64,000 nucleotides of DNA from Octopus vulgaris (lineage: Eukaryota), in assembly GCA_951406725.2 (NCBI GenBank), contig OX597834.1, forward strand, positions 9,486,001-9,550,000, in the 5' to 3' direction. This document shows, piece after piece, positions 55,039-64,000 of this stretch. Position 1 is the stretch's first letter. Each line of letters starts with the position of its first letter. The notes under the pieces are model-generated. The model was given only the letters and a program-made list of their open reading frames with translations, made no database searches and had not been told where the DNA came from. Position numbers and translations under genes: made by a program.

Positions 55039-55448
55039 GTTGTGTGCTGTCTGTCTACTCCGATTTAGATTCCTTACTCCCACATTTTGCAGTGCAGTTT
55101 AACCAGAACAAGGTATCTTATAGTCGTCATTCATATCGGGCCCTTCTGGGTATTAGCGCGCATCTACGATTTAAAAAAAAATACCATCAATTTTTCCCAC
55201 TTTTAATGGATTTTTGGCATATATAAGGGAAGTAACTCTCTAAAAATGTATTATTAAATCTCAGAACTTAAAATGCTACAGTAACACCCACCCCCTTTGT
55301 GATTAGCCATATTGAGATGGCTATTATACTTTACATCCCTAAAAATGCTTATATAGTTATTTCCCTTACAAACCCGAGCAACGCCGGACGATACTGCTGG
55401 TAGTAAGGAATCTAAATCGGAGTAGACGGACAGCACACAACCTCACTT
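55035..55448 (+). mobile_element. Non-autonomous Helitron copy with an inverted copy of its 5' end appended
   Basis: 55035-55400 aligns with 57180-57559 and ends in a hairpin plus CTGG|T. 55402-55445 is the reverse complement of 55035-55078. Confidence 0.8.
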
Positions 55449-56493
55449 GTAAATACTTATGTGTTTGTGTGTGAAAGAGGGAGAAAGAGAGACAGAGACA
55501 CAGAGATAAAGATGTATATATTTCATATCCGCATTTTGCCGTGTAACAAATCTTATATGTTACGTTGACAGCTGCTCATATGTTTCAATGTGTTGTACAA
55601 GTGACAGTTAGTTGGGACACACGAGCAATGTACTAAGTGTCTGTCACCGTACATAATGTAATATAAAATATTAATGTATCTGCCCTATATTTCTCATGGC
55701 GTTCCACACCAGCAAATGCTCATTCATGGTATAACATACACCCACTCCGATATATATCGCAGTATTACGTTATATACGTTTCTGTATGCTAAAAATTCTA
55801 AAAGTTAACACGGCTCAAGAGAGAAACTACTACAGAAGGCAACTGCGGTAAAACGTTTCATACCTATTTTCTAAAATAATATGTCTTTTGAAACATGTTA
55901 AGTAATACTATATAATTTTTTGTAAAGAATTAAGTTTGTTAAATCTCATTTTTCCTCGTCAGATTTATCTTTTCGTCACGTGAGTGTGTGTGTGTATGTG
56001 CATACATACTTTTACTCCCTCTTTTACTCTTTTAATCTTGTGTGTTTGTGTGTGCGTATATATATATATATATATATAAATAGAGAGAGAGAGAAAGTGA
56101 GGAGGAAATCTCTCTCTGGAGCTATTCGTCAACCCACGATCATGGTAGAAATCATTTGCCCAAGTTGGTGCGCAGCTGGATGAAACCCAGATTTACGTAG
56201 CTAAAAAGCAAACTTCTCAAGCGACAATGATATTTGGAAGAGAATATCCGGTGCCTCGTCAACCTCATGGCCTCTGGCAATAATTTCTGTCAGCAAAGAA
56301 AACAAAGAAACAAATGAATGATATCGATTACAGAAAGCAAGAAAAAAAAGCCTTCCTCTCTGTGGTAACCTGCTAACGTGTACCCACGTAAGCTATATGA
56401 AAGGAACGAGATGACAGAATATATAGATACGCATACACAACATAAACACTCCACACTTGTTTATACGAGTTGGCTGTTTTGTGTGGTTTTTAC

Positions 56494-56652
56494 CTCCTTT
56501 TTCTGATTTGTCAAATATCTTTCTTCAACTGTGAAATTTCCTTTTGTACGTTTTCTATATCCTGAGTCGTTGTATGTACTTGTCGTTAAATCAATCTCTT
56601 CCGGAATTACGTCGTATATTCGTATTTTTTCAGATATTTCGTGCATATATTT
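56494..56652 (-). other. Candidate 159-nt phase-0/0 coding exon (unverified)
   Basis: ttccttttatatAG acceptor, open frame KYMHEISEKIRIYDVIPEE...QKKE, GAG|GTAAAA donor. No homology recognised. Confidence 0.25.
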
Positions 56653-57162
56653 CTATATAAAAGGAACACCTTTTCAGCTCTTTCGTTTAGAATGTTATCA
56701 AGTTTGCTTTACTTATTTACCCACCGAAATTTCTTTTTAAGAACTACAGTTCTTAAATACAACGCAAAACGTTTGTAGACTTTTATAATCTCATCTCCAA
56801 GTTGAAGTAAATTTGGCATCTACTGCTGCCTGTTTATAGTAGACATTGTGATTGGAAATTTTGCCAAAGACATAATGTTGATCGTTAGATTTCTTCGTCA
56901 TGTCTCACATTTGTGGATAACTAAACGAAACATTACATAAATACTAGGAAGGCGCCAGAAATATGAACAATGCACTCCCGGTTACAGATAAATTTGAAGA
57001 CACTGAGAAATTAATGGAAAAACCGAGGAAACCTCGCCTTAATAAAAATCCAATATCCCAAACTGTACAAATGAAACTCCTACAAATAGAATAAATACAT
57101 AACTGATATATAATTTAGAACTGAAGTACAAACATCATGCTCGTTTACAGCAAAGTCACAAA

Positions 57163-57559
57163 TCTTTATATATGAAAGTAAGGTTGTGTGCTGTCTGTCT
57201 CCTACGATTTAGATTCCTAACTACTCCCACATTTTGCGGTGCAGTTTAACCAAAACCGGATATCTTATAGTCGTGATTCATATCGAGCCCTTCTGGATAT
57301 TACGCGCGTCTACGATGAGTCTACGATTAAAAAAAAAATTAACTATCAATTTTCCCCATTTTTAATGCATTTTTGGCATATATAAGGGAAGTAACTCTCT
57401 AAAAATTTATTATTAAATCTCAGAACGTAAAAAGCTACAGTAACAACCCCACCCTTTGTGGTTAGCCATATTGAGATGGCTATTATACTTTAAATCTCTA
57501 AAAATGCTTATATAGTTATTTCCCTTACAAACCCGAGCAACGCCGGGCGATACTGCTAG
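57163..57559 (+). mobile_element. Non-autonomous Helitron (~400 bp)
   Basis: A|TC at the 5' end, CTAG|T at the 3' end, subterminal GC hairpin cccgagcaacgccggg (57532-57547), no TSD, and a second copy 2 kb upstream. Confidence 0.85.
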
Positions 57560-59126
57560 TAAGTAATAATACAGAAAAAGCGAATGTCTGTAGAGATACA
57601 AAATATAACCATAGTATTCTTATTTAGTCGGACATATATTCCCTTCCACTGTAGATAACGAAACCCCAAACATGTAATCTACCGCGAATTAGCGACAGGT
57701 ATTATAACAAATTCATAGAACAAGACAAAGATGAATGCAACCATAAACACATTGTAATATATATAGCCAATATCACACATAATAAATATGCAGAAAATCA
57801 CACAAACGCTACGGCATGAATGTAATGTGTAACTAGAGAAGACGTGAGCGTATTTCCAAACACCTCATAAAGCACAACACAGAATGAATTACCATAACCC
57901 TAGATGTCATTACAAATGATATACAACAAAAATTATAATTATAAACCTTCAAGTCATTAACAAGAGTGGCTGTGTGGTAAGCCTCTTGCTTACCCAGAAT
58001 GCAACGCTAGTTGGTCTGGACTTACAGTGACATGTGAGTTTTTTTAGGCTCCGTGAATAGAAAAAAGAACAAAAAGAAAAATTGTCAATTATGGCTCACT
58101 ATAGCGAGCAAAATACTGGGTTCTCATCACCGTAACGGTGAATTGAGAATTTTTGATTGGAAATTATTTTGTGAATTCTAGTGAGCGTATCTCGCCAGAA
58201 AAATAAGAATAAGCTATTTGGATTACCTTTTTGGAGTATTATACAAAGGATTCCCTGTCTGTGCTATTTGTAAGGTTTTTCATTTACTTTTCCCTTCTAT
58301 TTTTTTCTTTCTTTCTAAATTTCTTTTCATTACTTTAATTTCAGTTCCTCCCCTCCTCTTTTATTTTGTTTTATTTTTATTCGATTTAATTTTTCTTTTA
58401 GCAGACTGTCTTTTGAACTACTTTTGAACTGTTTTTTGACATGGCAGAGAAGGAACTTAAAAAGAAAAACTCTGTCTTAGAGTGGGAAATTAACCCAACT
58501 AAGCAGTGGTTAAAAGATATGGAGGAGAAGACGATGGTACATAGAACTTATTCTAAAGTTCTTAATTCCATCAGCGTCTTCCCAAAACAAGTCATAAAAA
58601 AATGAACTTAAAGAATATTTGTCCTCTTTAAAATATATAAAGTAGGCGCAGTTTTGTATGTGTTAAAATAAACACGCAGAAATTCATCCATAAAATTCCT
58701 GTCTATAACTTTTATTCACAAGTGTAAATGAGTTTTTTGCATATGTTGAAGATGATACGTTATCCGTTAACTGAACAAGTTTACCCGCGGTATTTTCTGT
58801 ATATGAGCATCACAGAATTTCTCCCGCTTTCAATGATAATTTTTTTAACGTGAACGTTCTCCGTCCCCGCTGCCAGTAACCAATCTGTCGTGGCAAAGTG
58901 TTATTCAGAGTGATACATCTACGGGAGACCATGGCATGCAGCTGCCACCGGAGAAATGTAAAGCCATAGAGAAATGTACTCTTCTGAAAATTTCTGAAGA
59001 GTACCATTGTAAACGTTTATATTTCATGACACATGTATTTTAGATATTTATTCTTTTTCATTAGGCTTTGCATTTCTACATACATAGCACACGCGCGCAT
59101 ACACACACGCACATAGCACACACAAG

Positions 59127-59157
<31 letters not shown>

Positions 59158-59284
59158 ATTTATGTATGCATTTACATATGTATATAGACACATAACATAT
59201 ATTTCCATATCTGTATGTGCATATACATGTCTATCTATCTCTCTGTCAATCTCTCTATCTATCAATTTACTTATCTGTCTATCG

Positions 59285-59348
<64 letters not shown>

Positions 59349-59382
59349 GTGTGTATGTATGTGAATATGTATGTGTCTATCG

Positions 59383-59436
<54 letters not shown>

Positions 59437-59750
59437 ATGTATGTGAATATGTGTGTGTGTGTATGTGAATATGTGTGTGTGTGTATGTATGTGAATATGT
59501 GTGTGTGTATGTATGAATATGTGTGTGTATGTATGTGAATATGTGTGTGTGTATGTATGTGAATATATGTGTGTGTGTGTGTATGTATGTGAATGTGTGT
59601 GTGTGTGTATGTATGTGAATATATGTGTGTGTGTATGTGAATATATGTGTGTATGTATGTGAATATATGTGTGTGTGTGTATGTATGTGAATATGTGTGT
59701 GTGTGTATGTATGTGAATATATGTGTGTGTGTATGTGAATATATATATAT
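59285..59750. repeat. Microsatellite-derived minisatellite (gtgaatatgtgtgtgtgtatgtat-like, ~20-28-bp units)
   Basis: A gtgaat anchor recurs, separated by variable (TG)n. Confidence 0.9.
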
Positions 59751-60428
59751 ACGTAGACTAATGCATACGAACACATACATGTGTGTATTATGCATATTTG
59801 TATGCATTCATGTACGTATATATGCATCTGTGTACAGGATAGAGAGAGAGAGTTGCTGAATGAAATCCACAAACAGTTTACATTGCTTTCAAATGGGAAT
59901 TTCAAGCACTGACAGCTAACATTTTCTTGTTCATCTTAAATACACGTTTTGTTTAGTCGCTTCTGGCAATGACAGAATGCCTCAGCGCTTTGTTATTGCG
60001 ATGTATCAACGTTCGGCTAAACAGCATCGCTCAGTTTCTATTTAAATATTTCAAAATAAACACCCGAACTTTCAAAATATTTATATTGCTAACATCATAA
60101 CACTCGTAATACTAAAATATTGATTTATAATTTTAATACTCGGAATATTTAGAGAGAGTTGGGTAAGTTTTGTCAAATTGACCTTAAAATTTAACTGTTG
60201 TATAATTTTCGTTCCCCAACAAATCCTAAAATCCTAAAGTCTGTGTAATTTTGAACTCAGAATATTACTGTGATCTCGACCAGGGATTCCAAACCATCTG
60301 GCCACTAATTATTTGGTGCCAAGGCCGACTGGAAGAATAATGCTAGTTTTATTTTATTTCATTGATCATGACAGTTTGACGGTTGTTTTTGCATTAAATA
60401 TATATGTATAATATATGTATTTTATATG

Positions 60429-60466
<38 letters not shown>

Positions 60467-62566
60467 CATCCAATAATTAAACTACATATTATGTACTTCG
60501 TTGCATTTTGTTTAGCTCGTGATCCCTCTATCCGTGGTAGAATGCCGTTACTAGTTATTTCACAAGGTTTGGGTCAACACGGTATAAAAGGGACGCAGAT
60601 GAGATTTGTAGCCTGGTAAATATTCAGACTCTGTTGTTTGAACTTACCTCTGTTCTCCTCAGTTTCATTTGACATATATGACGAACCCTGTAATAATTGA
60701 GTGTTTCAGTGCTATATAATGGTGCGCACTGGAGATTTAAAATTCATTTCGTATATCTTATGTTAATCATGTAGGTGAATTGTAACGTAAATCAATATCC
60801 GTTTGTTTCAGCGACGAATATTCATTGTTCAATCAATACAGTTATTTGCTCATTGATTTAGTGTATAAATGGCTAAACACTACTGACACAGGTGTCCCTT
60901 AGTGTAGTTCCGTCCGAATGTACCAATGTGATACAATTTAAAATTCCGAATTTTAACTTCAGTACGATCTCCATTTCCATAATTTTAGTTGCAGCTCTTG
61001 GAGCGAGCAAGTGCAAAGAAAAAAGCCACTTTGCTAAACACTGAAATCAAACTCAGGATTATATTCTTCAGAGTTTCGTGACCATGTAGCCTCCATTCAA
61101 ATAATTGCTTATAATAACCCATCAGTATAAATTCACGCATAGCTAAGGTTTTTTTTAATGTTGTCTTCAGGTCTAATTTGTCTGGCGTACTTGACAACAT
61201 TGACTTGCTTGATGAAGAATTCATTATAACATCGGAGAAATTTGAAATGATACTTAGAGAAGAATCTGTATTCACCGTATCCACAGTATTTCGCTATTTG
61301 AATGAATGTCCACCGCCAATGCTCTTGAAGATATTTCATCAAATACTTAGAATGGGGAGCATAATGGCTTATGGTAATATATGAGGTCACAAATATGATA
61401 AACGAAAGCCGCCACTCCACAAATATATGTTTAATTGAAGATGCTACTACAAAGACTCGTTGCGATTACTCCTCTTACGAAACTTAATAGCTAAATTACC
61501 ATCCGTGTACACATACCTCAAGAAGATAGTGAAAAAGCCAGGATGAACCCATTTAGAAGACCTTATCCACTGTATCTGTTTTATTAAATTTGACCAGGGC
61601 TAAATAACATCTCAAAGTGTATATTTACATAAGACCTAACTGATTCTATTTATCGAAATATCTCAGCAATTTAAATCTAGTCCAAATTATACTCTCTCTT
61701 TGCCAATAATTTAACAAGGCAATCCATATAATATGACAGATATTGATAAACACTTTAAGCAGGATTAACTATTTCCAAGTAATTATAGAGAAAGGGTTTA
61801 TATTCTGACAGAAAGCAATTTCAAAGAAGATGAAATTAGAGGTATTGATATATTAATCAATGTCAAAGTTTAACAACATCGCTCTAATAATATGTTCGAT
61901 GGGAATCTTAGGTTAACCAAGCACCAATTAAATTAATTATCAAACATAAATCTTAAGTAAACCGCAAATACGTTCCTTTAGAATGGGTTGAGTAGATTAA
62001 ATGGAAATTGAGAATATACGTTTCATAGAGTAACGTGACTAGTTCGTGATCCAGTCTAGTTGAAGTCCATAAACACAGTGAATAATTTGTGAATACAGGT
62101 ATCATCTGTGAATAAACTAAATTTTAAAAACATTTGGGTTGACAAAATATTTGGATGCTGATAAAAAGACAATATGAGAAGCGGTGTATTTTGTAGTAAA
62201 CACTCGCATACTGTCAGATGACAATTTAAATAAATTTGTGTAATCTGTTGAAGTATGCGTATCACTATATTTTGCTCTGTGTAACTGTGAACGTACGAAA
62301 TGTGAATATTACTGAAAAGTTTTAGAACATACAGAAGAGGGCCACACCATTTAAATATATATATAATGTGTTTATGTATGTACAATCTTTCTAACACACA
62401 CGCTAATATACATACATATTATATATTTGTACATATAAAATAAATATTTGAAAATGTGTGTGTGTATATATATATATATATACATACATATATATATATG
62501 TGTGTGTGTATGTATATATATATAATGTGATTATGTATGTACAATCTCTCTCACACACACTAACAT

Positions 62567-62616
<50 letters not shown>

Positions 62617-63120
62617 AGAGAGAATGATTTGCACATACACGCTTGTGTTTGCATTAGATCAAACATACATAAATCATATCTTAGTGGTGAAACATCATTA
62701 AAATTATGGAATCCATTTTCTTAATTTTGAAAACAGATTGGAAATCCGCCATTTGCCTCACTTGATGTACGTCCGTTGGTCACGAAGTAATATTTTATGC
62801 TTATTCAATGTACTCTCATGTATATAAATTATTAAATAGAAGAGAACGCTCACATCGTAAATAAGAATGACCAGCAACGTCCATTTTATCCTTCGGATGA
62901 ATTTCCTATAAAGCAATAAAATTTTATTATTATTTCTTCTCTGCTTGATATGAATTAATTCTAGACTAGGTTTCAACCACAACGTAACGATATTGAAATT
63001 GTTTGAAAATATGGAATTCATTGCTGTTTCTTTGTTTATTTCGGAACTTCATATTGGTTTTATAACAATCACAAAGTAAAGTTTATTTATAAAAATAGTA
63101 TTTTCTGTTCTTTTGTGTTA

Positions 63121-63326
63121 GGCGGCGAGCTGGCAGACACGTTAGCGCGCCGGGTGATATGCTTAGCGGTATTTCGTCTTTCGTTACGTTCTGAGTTCAA
63201 ATTCCGCCGAGGTCGACTTTCCTTTCATTCTTTTGGGGACGATAAATAAAGTATAATCGACTCAATCCCTTCGTCTGTCCTTGTTTGTCCCCTCTATGTT
63301 TAGCCCCTTCTGGGCAGTAAAGAAAT
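63121..63326 (+). mobile_element. SINE family B with internal deletion
   Basis: Complete head ggcggcgagctggcagac and tail gtaaagaaata. Confidence 0.9.
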
Positions 63327-63737
63327 ATATATATTATGAGACAGTTGTTATGTCCTTTCGGGAGCTGTGACTTTGTCTAGCTCTTTACGTTCTCAACTCG
63401 TTAATTTCAACATTTCAAATATCGTAATATGTACTGTACATCACACACAGATACATTTACTTTCAAAAATTCATATGAAAGGCACATATAGAAAACAGCT
63501 AGCAACGAGGAGACGTTTTCATTCTCATAACCGAAGATTTCTTTTTGGCTTTGCGTTGATCTCTTAAGCTTAACAACGTACTAATTTGAGTAGATTGAAA
63601 GTAGGTAAGGTAAAATATATTGACCATGAGCAGAACGCACCTCATGAACAGACATTCCAATTTATGGCGGTTAAAACCACGCTTAGAGTCGTCTACGTAG
63701 TAAGTCAAATGGTTTGTTAAATCACATATAAATACAA

Positions 63738-63772
<35 letters not shown>

Positions 63773-64000
63773 CTTACAAGAACATACACTCACGAGGGCG
63801 CATACTCATAAAAAAATACTATCTATATATTTGTCTATCCTTTTATTGTCTGTCTGTCCATCTCATTATTTCACTCTCTCTCTCCACACGCACACACACA
63901 CATACACACACACATACACACACACACATATATATTTGCAAAGAGTAAACAAGAGAGACAGAGAAAGGCAGAAACAAGGAAAATGTCACTTATATTTGAA

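Overview
AT-rich, repeat-saturated eukaryotic intronic/intergenic DNA. The SINE families look like those of octopus/coleoid cephalopods (inference). No protein-coding gene can be called with confidence, and almost all listed ORFs are translations of (TA)n/(TATG)n/(CA)n microsatellites or SINEs. The window holds many copies of four tRNA-derived SINE families, 5'-truncated CR1/L2-type and RTE LINE 3' ends, two copies of a non-autonomous Helitron, and several local duplications and inversions. The main signal is a set of unrelated short elements, mostly abutting (TA)n tracts, that each carry a minimal type I hammerhead-ribozyme (HHR) motif with a palindromic stem III, as described for Penelope-like elements (PLEs). 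Across families the tertiary 3:8 core pair covaries (C3-G8, U3-A8, G3-C8). One motif sits in a perfect 137-bp-arm palindrome and one lies downstream of a tRNA-derived Pol III head. All structures were read by eye; no folding software or database search was run, and many repeat boundaries are approximate.
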